DNA of 64,000 nucleotides, from NCBI GenBank assembly GCA_035193785.1, contig CP136572.1, positions 2,772,578-2,836,577 of the forward strand, in the 5' to 3' direction. A program made the position numbers and the translations under genes. Under the pieces are notes generated by a model. The model saw only the letters and a list, made by a program, of their open reading frames with translations. It was not told where the DNA came from and ran no database searches. Positions 38,084 to 49,488 of the stretch are shown piece after piece; the stretch's first letter is position 1; the number at the start of each line of letters is the position of its first letter. The DNA comes from Planktothrix sp. GU0601_MAG3. GTDB lineage: Bacteria; Cyanobacteriota; Cyanobacteriia; Cyanobacteriales; Microcoleaceae.

Positions 38084-38141
38084 CTTTCTCTTTCTCTGCA
38101 CACCAAGGCGCGTCTAGTTTCTCCACACAGTCAACCGTCAA

Positions 38142-39502
38142 CTATAACGCTCCCGCCGCCGTTTTATCGAGAATACTACCCGATAAATGACTGGTAATAT
38201 TATCCGCTTGTAACACAGGTAAACCCTCAATTCCCTGGGGATAATCAATCACAGTTACCGCACCATTCCCCTGTTTAAAGTTCCAAAAATGATCAGGAGG
38301 CAGATTAAACAATTGACACAATAGAGCCTTATTAATCGCATCATGGGCAACCACTAATATAGTTACAGGTTGGTGATTATAGGTTTCAACAATTTGCTTC
38401 CAGGCGATTAAAGAACGTTGCCAAACCTGTTGTAAATTTTCACCTTCAGGCATTTGAACTGTTTGGGGTGCTGTCTTCCATTCCCCTAATAATCCTGGGT
38501 AAAATTGTTCGATTTCTGCCTCAAATTTGCCTTCCCATAAACCATGGCTAATTTCACAAAATTCCGGTTCTAATTGTAATTCTATCCCCGGATGATATTG
38601 TAAAATAATTTCTGCGGTTTCCTTGGGACGTGCCATGGGACTCGTTACCGCAAAATCAATTTTAATTTCCTTGAGAAATTCCGCCGCTTTCCGAGCTTGT
38701 TCTCGACCATTATCATTCAAGGGAACATCAATTTGTCCCTGGAATTGACCCATGCGGTTTCCATTCGGTTTCCCCATGTCTAACTAATAATAACCGCGGC
38801 CCTTGATGACCCGGGCGTAAAGACGGGACTTTATGACCAACATGGGTTGTGAGGTTCATCGACTCCAACTGGACATCCGCAGGTTTCGGTAATTCTCCGG
38901 GGATAATATTAGTAAAATTCAAAATACTAATCCCACAGTTAGACTGTTGTATGCTTTGGTAAAATTGGGGTTGAATTCCTAAAGCCGTCGCAATCAAACT
39001 TCGATTAATTCCATTATGAGCTACTAATAAAACCGTTTGATTTTGATGACGGGCTAAAATTTCCCGCCAAAATTCCTTGGCCTGTTCAAATAATGCCAAT
39101 ACCGGAAAATATTGTTTTTCCCCTTCAGGTGTGGGAACCTGCATGGAGAACTCATGGGGCGAGTCGTGCCAGGTCTGATAGTCCTGGGGAAACTGTTCCA
39201 TCACCACTTGACGTTCCATCCCCGCCCACAGGGGGAGATCAATTTCCATCAACAGGTCGCTGGGTTGAACTTTAGGGGGGTCGGACAGGTGGGTGATGAT
39301 GATTTGGGCCGTTTGTTTCGCCCGTTGCAGGGGACTGCAATAGAGAGCATCAAACTTTAAACCATTCAAGGCATCACCGACTTTTTGCGCGGCCACAGAA
39401 ACCTTTCTCCGTCAAAACAGAGGCATCCAAGCGACCTTGAATTCGACTTTGGGCATTATAGGTACTTTGACCATGACGGACAAGAATTACACGGGTCGTC
39501 AT
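38142..39502 (-). CDS. Two-domain histidine phosphatase, phosphoserine phosphatase-like (frameshifts at 39398-39402 and 38757-38761)
   Basis: Two RHG motifs (LVRHGQS, LVRHGETEWN); SPLQRA and SPMARP. Confidence 0.9.
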
Positions 39503-39648
39503 TGTTAAATTGAGGAGTGGGAATTTTGGACTCTGGACTGAACCGAATTTAAGCCAGATGTCATTGTACCTTGTTTGGAACAGTATCAGTTAGAATGTTG
39601 GGTTTGCGGCTCAAACTCGGCAATATTTTGTTCTCACGTTTTGAAACC

Positions 39649-41178
39649 ATGACACCCAAACGCTGGATTTTAGCAATTTTAACCTTATTAGCGATTAGCT
39701 TTTTGGGTTTATCGTTACTCAATAGTTGGACTCAACCCCAAATTCAAAGCCGTTTAGAATTGTATCAAACCAATTTACTACTTCATGCTTCCCAATGGCA
39801 AGGCAACGAAAAAGAAACAGAAAGTTTAATTAAATTACGCGATAATTTAATCGGTAAAAATCCGGTAAAGGATGCCTTTAAACAATATCAACAAGTACAA
39901 GAATCTGTTTCTAAAAATTTATCTAAATTTCAACAAGTTGATGGGCAAATATCAGAAAGTTCTCTACAGGAGTTAGCACAACTTAATCGAGATTTACAAC
40001 TGAGAATCGGGATCTTAAAAACCCAGTTAGGCTCTGCTGATCAAGCCATAGAAACCTGGAGGATTTTGGCGGAACCAACCCGGGGAGAACTTCCTGAATC
40101 TGGGGATAAAAACAGTATAATTAAAACTGCAAAAATAGCACAGGTGTTAATCGGATTATGGCAAAATCCCGCCCGATTATTCCCCGATGCCGAACCAATT
40201 TTACAAAACTATTTAGAGGGTTGGTTTCGTTATCAAGCCCTAGTGAAACTCTATACATTGCAACAGCGTCCAGAAGCGTTAGTTACCCTAGAAATACAAC
40301 AACAGCAACGATCTGAACAAGCAATTTTTAAGTTAATGATTGTTAGTGCTATTCCCGGTTTGGGATTATTCCTGGGATTATTATTAGCCATTGTTTTAGG
40401 AATTCAAGTAATCTTCAAAGGCAAGGATTCTGTTTTAGCTACCAATATGGATGTGGCTTGGTTAATTCCTTGGAATGGGGAAGTCATTTTACAGGTTTTT
40501 GTGGTGGGTTTTTCCCTATTGGGGCAATTGTTTATTCCCCTAATGTTAAGAGCCGTTTTTCAAGGTTTAAATCTTCAACCCAGCAGTTTGGATGTCAGGA
40601 ATCAGGCGGTTTATATTTTAATCACCTATCTATTATTAATGGTAGGAGGCTTTTCGGTTTTGTATTTTTCGATTAAGCCCTATTTTCCCTTACCCCAAGG
40701 TTGGTTTACTTTCAAAATCAAAGATAATTGGTTTGTTTGGGGTTTGGGGGGATATTTAGTTGCCTTACCTTTAGTGATTTTAGTGTCTTTAATTAATCAG
40801 AAATTTTGGGACGGACAGGGGGGAAGTAATCCTTTATTACCGATTGCTTTAGAAAGTCGAGATAGTCTGGCTTTAGGGATATTTTTTATTACCGCATCCA
40901 TCGCGGCACCGATCTTTGAAGAAACTATGTTTCGAGGATTTTTATTGCCTTCTTTAACCCGTTATCTTCCCCTGGGAAGTGCAATTCTTTTAAGTGGATT
41001 TCTCTTTGCCGTGGCGCATTTTAATGTTTCGGAAATTTTGCCCTTAATGACGTTAGGAATTGTCCTGGGGTTTGTGTATACGCGATCGCGCAATTTATTA
41101 GCCCCCATGTTCATGCACGGATTATGGAATAGTGGCACTTTATTGAGTTTATATGTTTTGGGTAGTGGCGGAAGTTAG
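39649..41178 (+). CDS. CPBP/CAAX-family intramembrane metalloprotease
   Basis: APIFEETMFRG, FAVAH, HGLWN. Confidence 0.92.
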   Translation: MTPKRWILAILTLLAISFLGLSLLNSWTQPQIQSRLELYQTNLLLHASQWQGNEKETESLIKLRDNLIGKNPVKDAFKQYQQVQESVSKNLSKFQQVDGQISESSLQELAQLNRDLQLRIGILKTQLGSADQAIETWRILAEPTRGELPESGDKNSIIKTAKIAQVLIGLWQNPARLFPDAEPILQNYLEGWFRYQALVKLYTLQQRPEALVTLEIQQQQRSEQAIFKLMIVSAIPGLGLFLGLLLAIVLGIQVIFKGKDSVLATNMDVAWLIPWNGEVILQVFVVGFSLLGQLFIPLMLRAVFQGLNLQPSSLDVRNQAVYILITYLLLMVGGFSVLYFSIKPYFPLPQGWFTFKIKDNWFVWGLGGYLVALPLVILVSLINQKFWDGQGGSNPLLPIALESRDSLALGIFFITASIAAPIFEETMFRGFLLPSLTRYLPLGSAILLSGFLFAVAHFNVSEILPLMTLGIVLGFVYTRSRNLLAPMFMHGLWNSGTLLSLYVLGSGGS

Positions 41179-41203
41179 AGGAATTAATCGGAAAAGATAA
41201 AAA

Positions 41204-41250
41204 GCCCGGAAATAAATTTCGGGCTGTAGAGACGTGCCATGGCGCGTCTC
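41204..41250. repeat. Two abutting REP-like palindromes
   Basis: GCCCGGAAATAAATTTCGGGCT (identical at 54722-54743) followed by GTAGAGACGTGCCATGGCGCGTCTC. Confidence 0.85.
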
Positions 41251-41276
41251 ATCTTTAGATGACTAGGAAGAATCAG

Positions 41277-42474
41277 CTATAGTTTATCTAAACTTTCTAC
41301 GACAACACGACGAAAGATTTCTGTAACTTCCGCCGCCATTCGGGCATCTAATTCCAATGCTTGTTGAGTAAAATCCTCCTTATTATTAATAGGAATTACA
41401 CCCCTTAAAGTAATTGCTAAGGTTCGGAATTCCGCAGGTTTTTGATTAGCATTGGGTAGGGAGTCAATAAACTGCACAAATGCCACATAGCAGAGTTTCT
41501 ACCGTTTGCCGAACTGTACTATCTCCATAACCCATTTTAGAAAGAATAACTGGAGACGTAATCGCCTGTTCAATTCCCAAGGTTTTGAACGCGACATCCA
41601 CATAACGGGCCGGGTCTTGACCTAGGGCATTAACCAAACAATTGAAGTTTTTTTCTGGAAGGTTAGGAAGTTGAGCTTGGCCGGGTAGATAATTATGCCA
41701 TCCAATTAAAGAAATGATACGAGTTAAATCGTAAGCCGAAACAAAATTATCTCCTTTGGGAGTATCTAAAACCGCTTTTAAAATGGTAGTTTTAGTATCA
41801 GGATCAACAATTTCAGGACTTAAAAATACTGGACTTTCTCCATAATCACCTTGAAAATTTAAAGTTGAATTTCCCGTGATTTTTTGTAGCCATTTCTCTA
41901 AATTAGGGCGAGTTTCAAATCTTTTAAATAAGGCAGCTAAAGCGTTAGAACTAGAAACTTTGTGTTTATAACTAATGACATCTTCAATCGCAGTTTTTAG
42001 GGAAAAGTTTGCAGTCCGGTTTTCAGAATTTTGTAACTTTAAATTGTTAACATCATATTTAGGAAATTTTTGATCAATTTGAGTTAAGGTATTCAGCACC
42101 GGAATAATTTTAGTGGTACTCCAAAATTGTGTGGTTTTTAGGGGATTTCTTCCCAGCCAAATCGTTTTGAGTTCCCCCGCTTCAAATTTCCCTAAACTAA
42201 TGCAGGCTTCTTCGATTTGAGGATGGAGAAAAGCTAAACTTTCTTGATCAATATAAGGCATCTTTCCCAAGGCAGGATAGGGACTATATTGTAAGGGTTT
42301 ACGGCTTAAATATTGGGGGTAATTTTGAATATGATTTTGATAGGGAGACTGCTCAAATCCTTGATCTAAAAAAGCGAATTTATCTAAATTTGCCCCAATT
42401 TCGTGTTCAATTTTCCGAAAATCATCAAATACTTTTTTTCTGTTTTTGGCTTGTTCTAAACTATAACTACTCAT
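41277..42474 (-). CDS. Hypothetical protein, possible beta-lactamase-like fold (frameshift at 41495-41499)
   Basis: WSTTK, SSN and KMG motifs in PBP-like order; frames join after one-base repair. Confidence 0.65.
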
Positions 42475-42514
42475 TGAGAATATTTCCTAAGTTAAATAAT
42501 TAAACTAATAACTG

Positions 42515-42576
42515 GTAAGGGCGGGTTATTTTAGATCTTTGTTAGTCACCCTAAATCTCGATGAACCCGCCCCTAC
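42515..42576. repeat. Inverted REP pair downstream of ctaE
   Basis: GTAAGGGCGGGTT...AACCCGCCCCTAC; half-site also near 24167. Confidence 0.75.
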
Positions 42577-42603
42577 CTACAACTGATAACTGATTATTGG
42601 TAT

Positions 42604-43227
42604 TTACAATAAATACAGCAAAATGAACAGAATAATCCAAACTACATCAACGAAGTGCCAATATAATTCGGCAGCTTCTGGGCCGAAATGGGATTCTTTG
42701 CTGTAATGGCTGGTTTTGCGCCCTCGCCAGAGAACCGCTAAAATTAATACGACTCCAAAGGTAACGTGCAACCCGTGAAACCCGGTTAAAACATAGAAGC
42801 AACTGGCGTATAAATTGGTGGTTAATCCAAACTCTAACTGGCTGTATTCATAGGCTTGACCAGCCAAAAAGGTTAACCCCATAATTGCCGTGGCAATAAA
42901 CCAATTTCGCAACCCCGCAGGGTCATTTTTCTTAATAGCAATTGCCCCTTGGTTCATAACAAAACTACTAGAAATCAGAACCACAGTGTTAATTGCTGGC
43001 AGCAGTAATTCCCGTTCCGTCCCTTCAGGGGGCCAAACTGGGGACATAGCCCGATAAATTAAATAGGCAGAGAATAAACCCAAAAAGATCATACTCTCCG
43101 CCACCAGAAAGACCACCACCCCCAACATTCGCAAATCGGGATGTTCTTCATGTTCATGGATTGAGGCAGTGGCCTCCTGTGCGTATCCCAGAACGGTTTG
43201 AGAATCGTTAATTGCTGAACCTTGCAT
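42604..43227 (-). CDS. ctaE: Cytochrome c oxidase subunit III
   Basis: FLVAESMIF, LTGFHGLHV, YWHFVDVVW. Confidence 0.96.
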   Translation of the reverse strand: MQGSAINDSQTVLGYAQEATASIHEHEEHPDLRMLGVVVFLVAESMIFLGLFSAYLIYRAMSPVWPPEGTERELLLPAINTVVLISSSFVMNQGAIAIKKNDPAGLRNWFIATAIMGLTFLAGQAYEYSQLEFGLTTNLYASCFYVLTGFHGLHVTFGVVLILAVLWRGRKTSHYSKESHFGPEAAELYWHFVDVVWIILFILLYLL

Positions 43228-43257
43228 GAATTAACTCAGTAAAGTTGACAGATAAAT

Positions 43258-43360
43258 AATTAGGAATTACGAATTAATAATTACGAGTTAGTAAAGACGC
43301 GCTGCTAGATAGTCTGCACAATAATTCCCAATTCGTAATTCGTAATTCGTAATTCGTAAT
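43258..43360. repeat. Inverted ATTCGTA heptamer arms around a degenerate REP
   Basis: AATTACGAATT... versus (ATTCGTA)x4 at 43331-43358. Confidence 0.7.
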
Positions 43361-45130
43361 TTATTGATTATTGATATCGTTTTCCGCTTCTAACACCGTA
43401 GTGGAACCGGAGTCTGTAAATAAAGTCGAAGATTTGGCTTGAGACATGGGAAAACCCCGACTTCTTTGGGACGGTCTCCGGTCATTTGTTTTAACCGTTG
43501 ACGAATGGCTAGGGTTTTACGACTGCCGTAGTCATAGGGCCCGGTTTTGAGTACGGGGGTGACTAGGAAATTTTCAATCGGAGGGGGAGAAGATGTCGTC
43601 CATTCTAGGGTTAGGGCTTCCCAGGGATTATCGGGAGCTTTTGGCCCCTTGACCCAACTCCAAGCCGCATTAATCAGGAAGGGGAAGGAAGAAACCGCCA
43701 GAATATAACTACCCAGGGTACAGACCTGATTCAGCGTCGTGAATTGGGGGTCATACATTGCCACCCGACGGGGCATTCCCATTAACCCTAAAGCGTGCAT
43801 GGGCATAAAGGTTAAGTTCGTCCCCACAAAGGTGAGAACAAAGTGAACGATTCCCCAGGGTTCATTCATCATCCGTCCGGTCATTTTCGGGAACCAATGA
43901 TAAATGGCAGCAAACACCCCAAACACCGCCCCACCAAACAGAACATAGTGGAAGTGGGCGACGATGAAATAGGTATCGTGAACATGAATATCAAAGGGAA
44001 CCGATGCCATCATCACTCCGGTGACACCCCCGATGACGAAGGTAGACAGAAACCCCATGGCAAAGAGCATGGCACTGTTCAGACGCAGTTTTCCGCCCCA
44101 AATCGTGGCTAACCAGCCAAAGACCTTAATGCCTGTGGGTACGGCAATGATCATCGTGGTGATCATAAAAAACATCCGTAACCAACCCGGAGTGCCACTG
44201 GTGAACATATGGTGTGCCCAGACAATTAAGCCTAAAAAGCTAATGGCTAAACTGGAATAGGCGATCGCTTGATAACCAAAAATCGGTTTGCGAGCATGAA
44301 CTGGCAGAATATCGGAAATCACCCCAAAAAAGGGCAAAACCATGATGTAGACTGCCGGATGGGAATAAAACCAGAATAAGTGCTGATAAACAACCGGATC
44401 ACCGCCCCCGGTGGGGTTAAAGAAACTGGTTCCGGCAATTAAATCAAAGGATAGGAGAATTAAGGCTGCGGCTAAAACCGGAGTAGACAAAAGCACCAAA
44501 GCGGAGGTAGCGATCATGGCCCAACAAAAGAGGGGCATATCGTTCAATCCCATGGTGGGAATCCGCATTTTGAAGATCGTCACCGAGAAATTTAACGCCC
44601 CCAAAATCGAGGAAGTTCCCAACAATAAAACGCTGAGAATCCAAACTTCCTCTCCCACCTGGCCCGATAATAGACTTAATGGCGGGTAAGATGTCCAACC
44701 CGCTTGGGGGGCTTCCACTAAGAAACTAGCCAACAACAGCAGGCCCCCCGGAGGAATTAACCAAAAGCCCACGGTATTCAGACGGGGAAAGGCCATATCC
44801 TTGGCCCCCACCATTAAGGGAATCAAATAGTTAGCAAATCCCCCACCTGCGGGAACGATCCACAGGAAGATCATCACCGTGCCATGAACCGTAAATAGGC
44901 TGTTATAGACTTCAGGAGTCACAAAATCGGGATCGGGGGTAGCCAGTTTCTGTCCGAACAGCCGTAGCCAAGGCTCCACCGACTAAATAAAAGAAAAATG
45001 CCGTGACGAGATATTGAATCCCGATGACTTTGTGATCCGTACTAAAACCAAAAAAATCCTGCCAACGTCTTTCCTCCTCATGATGAGGTTTGGGAACATT
45101 GATTGGGAGATCAAGTTGTGCTTGTGCCAT
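43361..45130 (-). CDS. ctaD: Cytochrome c oxidase subunit I (frameshift at 44946-44950; 3' end uncertain near 43450)
   Basis: TDHKVIG, HGTVMIF, WFYSHPAVY, WAHHMF, AHFHY. Confidence 0.97.
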
Positions 45131-45164
45131 AGGAATTCAGTAATCAGTAATCAGTAATCAGTTA

Positions 45165-46202
45165 TCAGTTATCAGTGTTAGAAACAAAATCAAGATTTTG
45201 TTGACTCAAACCAACAGTTAACTCTCTCATCACTGATAACTGTTCACTGTTGACTGATAACTGATTTTCGTTGGCATAGGGGGCTAAGAATTCGCCATCG
45301 CTGAGTTCTGCGGGATTAATAGCAATGGCTGTTTGGAGGTTGGGGTTACTCGCCAGCAGATTTTCTGCCACCCAGGCTTGATAATCCTCTGGGGTATCGA
45401 CAATCATTTGCGATCGCATAGCCCCATGATAACTGCCACACAATTCGGCGCAGATAATCGGATAGGTTCCCAGCTTACTGGGGGTAAACCGCAGTTCTGT
45501 GATCCGACCTGGGATCGTATCTTGCTTTAACCGCAATTGTGGAATCCAGAAGGCATGGATCACATCTTGGGCGCTCATATTTAACTGCACTTCTTGACCT
45601 ATGGGAACATGAAGTTCACCCGCGTTAATGCCCGTTTCTTTGTAGTTAAAAAGCCAGGCAAACTGTAACCCGGTAACATCGACATTCACGGCGGCGGCTT
45701 TCCCTTCTTGGCTGGGAGATGCCCCAATTCCCAAGGCAATTTGGGTGAGTTCCGGGGAGTCTTTACCGTCGATTAAGGGGGCCGCGATCGCCGCCCCATT
45801 CATTTTGCCGTGGGCGTGCATGGAATGTTGACCCGAGGCCATCGGATCAAGTCCCCCCATATTGTTATAGATTTCAAAACTATAAATACCAATGCCCAAA
45901 ACGATCACCGCCGGAATCGCTGTCCAGACGATTTCTAAGGGAATATTCCCGTGAATCGGAACCGCGTCGGTGTTGTCATCGGGACTACGACGAAACTTAA
46001 TGGCCGCGACCACCAGCACTCCTTCTACCAGAAGCACTAGGCCGAAGCTAATGGTCATCATAATATCAAATAAACCATCGACTTGTGCCGCTTGTTCGGT
46101 GGCAGCCACGGGTAATAAATTGTGGTTTTGACCATACCAGAGAGATACGAGAGTAATCCCGATCCCCACCAGTAGGGTCAAAATTGAACTCGGAATTTTC
46201 AC
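45165..46202 (-). CDS. ctaC: Cytochrome c oxidase subunit II
   Basis: LEIVWTAIP, DVIHAFW, CuA motif CAELCGSYHGAM. Confidence 0.96.
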   Translation of the reverse strand: MKIPSSILTLLVGIGITLVSLWYGQNHNLLPVAATEQAAQVDGLFDIMMTISFGLVLLVEGVLVVAAIKFRRSPDDNTDAVPIHGNIPLEIVWTAIPAVIVLGIGIYSFEIYNNMGGLDPMASGQHSMHAHGKMNGAAIAAPLIDGKDSPELTQIALGIGASPSQEGKAAAVNVDVTGLQFAWLFNYKETGINAGELHVPIGQEVQLNMSAQDVIHAFWIPQLRLKQDTIPGRITELRFTPSKLGTYPIICAELCGSYHGAMRSQMIVDTPEDYQAWVAENLLASNPNLQTAIAINPAELSDGEFLAPYANENQLSVNSEQLSVMRELTVGLSQQNLDFVSNTDN

Positions 46203-46566
46203 GTTGATTCCTCCTTGTTGACCATCCCCAACACCGATATCGGATGGGAAGATACTGCTATAAACATAGACGCTTGTTTAATCTTAATGGCTGGTTGAGA
46301 AACCTGAACATTAGGGTTAATTGTCTATCTAACATCCCGCTTCTACGGTAAAACAGATCACAAAACTCTGGAACGATCTGGGTTCATATTCACAGATTTT
46401 CTTTATAATTGGGCTGTTGGGTCACTCCTCAGCCCCGATCGCACCCCCCAAATCGAAAAACTTATCTTAAGTCTGTTCATCTGCATACCGCATTTTTGAC
46501 TTAGATAGGTAGAATTAACCATCATGTTTCGATCATGGCAATAGTCAAGTTAAATCGGTAGAACCC

Positions 46567-47548
46567 ATGACCCATACTGTCCTTCATGATGCCAGTTTAT
46601 CCACCCCCCAGACCCAACAGAAGGGATCTAAGGCCCAGAATAGAATCCGCCGTCTGGTCTGGAAACTGAGCATTGCTACCTTACTATTGATGGCCGTTGG
46701 GAGTGCGACCCGAGTGATGAATGCTGGATTAGCCTGTCCCGATTGGCCCCTGTGTTACGGGCAGTTAGTTCCCACCGCCCAAATGAATCTGCAAGTCTTC
46801 TTGGAATGGTTTCACCGTTTGGATGCGGCTGGGATCGGACTGGGTGCGATCGCCCTGGTGGGATTATCCTGGTGGGATCGACGGGAGTTACCCAAATGGT
46901 TACCTTGGGCTGCTCTATTTGCCCTGGCTTTAATTTTGTTTCAAGGGGTTTTAGGGGGGCTGACGGTGACCCAACTCCTGCGGTTTGATATTGTAACTGC
47001 CCATTTAGGAACCGCCTTGCTATTTTTCTCCACTCTGCTGATTATCGGTTGTTTGCTCCTACCCTATCAAGGCACGGGAAACCGTGGGCAAGCTACCCTG
47101 GATCGGTCTGACCGCAGCAATTTTAGTCTATTTACAAAGCATTTTAGGGGCCTTGGTGGGTTCTCAATGGGCTTTACATCAATGTTTGGGAACTTCCCAA
47201 CTCTGTACGGTGATGAATAGTCATCTTTTCGGAGTGGTTCCCCCCACCCTGGCTACCCTCACCCTAATTGTCGGGGTTTGGCGAACTTCTGCCCTACATC
47301 CTCAACTCGGAACTTTGGGGAATATCGCCGGAGTTTGTTTAGTTGCTCAAATTGTTTTGGGGGTAGCCACCTATAAAATGCGGTTGCAGGTGGAACCCCT
47401 GACTGTTGCTCATCAAGCGATGGGTGCTACACTTCTGGGAACTTTAGTTTGTTTTAGTATTCTCGCCCTCCGGGATCGTCAGTCATCAGTTATCAGTTAT
47501 CAGTCATCAGTCATCAGTCATCGGTCATCAGTCATCAGTCATCAGTGA
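46567..47548 (+). CDS. ctaA: Heme A synthase (frameshift at 47078-47082)
   Basis: AGLACPDWPLC, EWFHR, VTAHL, VAHQ. Confidence 0.94.
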
Positions 47549-47635
47549 TCAGTTATTAGTCATCAGTCATCAGTGATCAGTTATTAGTGATGAGTTAATA
47601 GTGATGAGTTAATAGTTAATAGTTAATAATTAATG
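47478..47635 (+). repeat. Degenerate AGTCATC/AGTTATC/AGTTAAT heptamer array overlapping the ctaA 3' end
   Basis: Tandem heptamers translate as the SVISHQ-like tail of CtaA. Confidence 0.85.
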
Positions 47636-47713
47636 ACTATTATGTTTGCTTATAACTAATTACCAATCACTGATAACTGTCAGGAAATCAACAAATTCTA
47701 TAGGTCATAATTC

Positions 47714-48679
47714 ATGCAAGAAGTGATTCAAACCCAGGTCTCCCGACACCACGAGAATATTTTGCAAGTGCTTCAAAGTTATTATCAACTGACCAAGCCT
47801 AGAATTATTCTGTTGTTATTAATTACTACCTCCGCCGGAATGTGGTTAGCCTCAAAAGGAGAAGTTGATCCCCTGTTATTATTAGTAACCTTAACCGGGG
47901 GGGCTTTAGCGTCGGGTTCTGCCAATACGATCAACTGTTTGTATGACCGAGATATTGATTACATTATGGAACGGACTCGTTGGCGGCCGATTCCTTCAGG
48001 TAGAGTAAAACCCATTGATGCCCTAATTTTTGCCATCGCTCTTGCTATTACTTCTTTTACTTTACTGACGGTTTTTGCTAATCTATTAACCGCCTGTCTC
48101 GCCCTATCGGGAATTGTTTTTTATGTCCTGATCTATACCCATTGGTTAAAACGTCATAGTGTGCAAAATATCGTGATTGGTGGGGCTGCTGGAGCAATTC
48201 CACCTTTAGTTGGATGGGCGGCAGTTACGGGGGATTTAAGTTGGGCAGCGTGGCTATTATTTGCGATCATTTTCCTCTGGACACCCCCTCATTTTTGGGC
48301 TTTAGCCATGATGATCCGAGATGAATATCAGGAAGTTGGGGTTCCGATGTTACCTGTAATTGAAGGGGATGAAGTTACAGCTAAACAAATCTGGATTTAT
48401 AGCTTAATTATGGTTCCCTCAACCTTATTGTTAGTTTATCCTTTGCATACCAGTGGTTTTGTTTATGCAGCGATCGCTTTAATCTTAGGGGGGATTTTTC
48501 TACAAAAAGCTTGGGAATTATTACAATCTCCCTCAGAACGAGATGTAGCGCGATCGCTGTTTAAATATTCCATTTTTTATTTGATGCTATTGTGTTTGGC
48601 AATGGTTGTCGATAGTTTACCCGTTACAAATGACATGGTGATGGCATTGAGTGAATCTTTGCCCTTGGGATTGCTATAA
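47714..48679 (+). CDS. ctaB: Heme O synthase (protoheme IX farnesyltransferase)
   Basis: [26 protein letters not shown]. Confidence 0.96.
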   Translation: MQEVIQTQVSRHHENILQVLQSYYQLTKPRIILLLLITTSAGMWLASKGEVDPLLLLVTLTGGALASGSANTINCLYDRDIDYIMERTRWRPIPSGRVKPIDALIFAIALAITSFTLLTVFANLLTACLALSGIVFYVLIYTHWLKRHSVQNIVIGGAAGAIPPLVGWAAVTGDLSWAAWLLFAIIFLWTPPHFWALAMMIRDEYQEVGVPMLPVIEGDEVTAKQIWIYSLIMVPSTLLLVYPLHTSGFVYAAIALILGGIFLQKAWELLQSPSERDVARSLFKYSIFYLMLLCLAMVVDSLPVTNDMVMALSESLPLGLL

Positions 48680-48895
48680 ACCGAACATTTTTAGATTGGT
48701 TAACATCAGAAAGACAACTATGGCCAGTCTAAATCGGTTGTACAAATAGCCAAAAATCTAGGGGCGAGGTGCGCCTTGCCCCTAAACACCGAAGGTCGGT
48801 ATTTTTTAGGGTTAATAATCTTGAGAAGATTGCGCTGAAGCGCAACAACGGCGCAACAACGGCGCAACAACAAAACTATATACTTTTTTTGAATA

Positions 48896-48904
48896 TGTTA
48901 TAAT
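48896..48904 (+). promoter_or_regulatory. Extended -10 promoter element
   Basis: TGTTATAAT about 25 nt upstream of the riboswitch. Confidence 0.6.
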
Positions 48905-48927
48905 ACCGTTAACAAAATCTAATATTA

Positions 48928-49018
48928 ATCGTTCATCTCCCCCGAATTCTAACAAAGAGGGTGGCATTTATGTGTTTGGGGAAGACGGAAGTAGGGAATT
49001 TTCCCGAAGGAAACGCCC
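48928..49018 (+). ncRNA. Glutamine riboswitch (glnA RNA motif, class I)
   Basis: ATCGTTCATCT-P2-AGACGGAAGTAGG-P3-CCGAAGGAA(A)CGC; recognised by eye, not by covariance search. Confidence 0.85.
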
Positions 49019-49053
49019 AACACTGTTTCACCTGAAATTAAGGGTTTGTGGTG

Positions 49054-49260
49054 ATGTTAGTACCTTCTTTATTGTCTTTCGCAATTTCCGTTTTTGCCGC
49101 CTTGCTCAGTCTGATTACCAACGAAGAAATCGTTCGGGTCATGGCCAGGGGAGTTGCTGCTATCAGTTTAGTGGTTAGTTTAGCTTTAGCACCTTGGTTA
49201 ATATTGCTAATTTTATCAGTCCCCGTTATCGGTGCTAAATCGGTCAAAAATGCTGGATAA
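49054..49260 (+). CDS. Small membrane protein downstream of the riboswitch
   Basis: 68-70 aa hydrophobic ORF (ISLVVSLALAPW); start at 49048 GTG or 49054 ATG. Confidence 0.7.
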   Translation: MLVPSLLSFAISVFAALLSLITNEEIVRVMARGVAAISLVVSLALAPWLILLILSVPVIGAKSVKNAG

Positions 49261-49328
49261 ACACCAAAACAAACTGTTTTGCTTCAATGGTGCAAAAGTC
49301 CGCAACCAACTCAATACTAATCCATTGT

Positions 49329-49372
49329 ACCCCGCATCAACACCCAATGGCCGACGCGGGGTTTTTGTTTTT
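49329..49372 (+). terminator. Probable intrinsic terminator
   Basis: ACCCCGC...GCGGGGT followed by TTTTGTTTTT. Confidence 0.65.
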
Positions 49373-49488
49373 CTGTTCCCCATTCCCGATCATGGATTTA
49401 AGCGAATTACACCAACTAACACAGATTAAAATCCGCGAAATCCGCGAAATCCTCTTAAATCCGTGATCCCTCTTAAATCCGTGATCCC

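Noticed and set aside
43450..43455. Possible +2 insertion (GAAAAC) in the ctaD 3' tail
   Set aside because: Fits the GAAC pattern, but the tail is poorly conserved so the true frame cannot be fixed; left out of the count of 25
49428..49488. Short duplications AAATCCGCG and CCTCTTAAATCCGTGATC
   Set aside because: Ordinary low-copy intergenic repeats; no further structure seen
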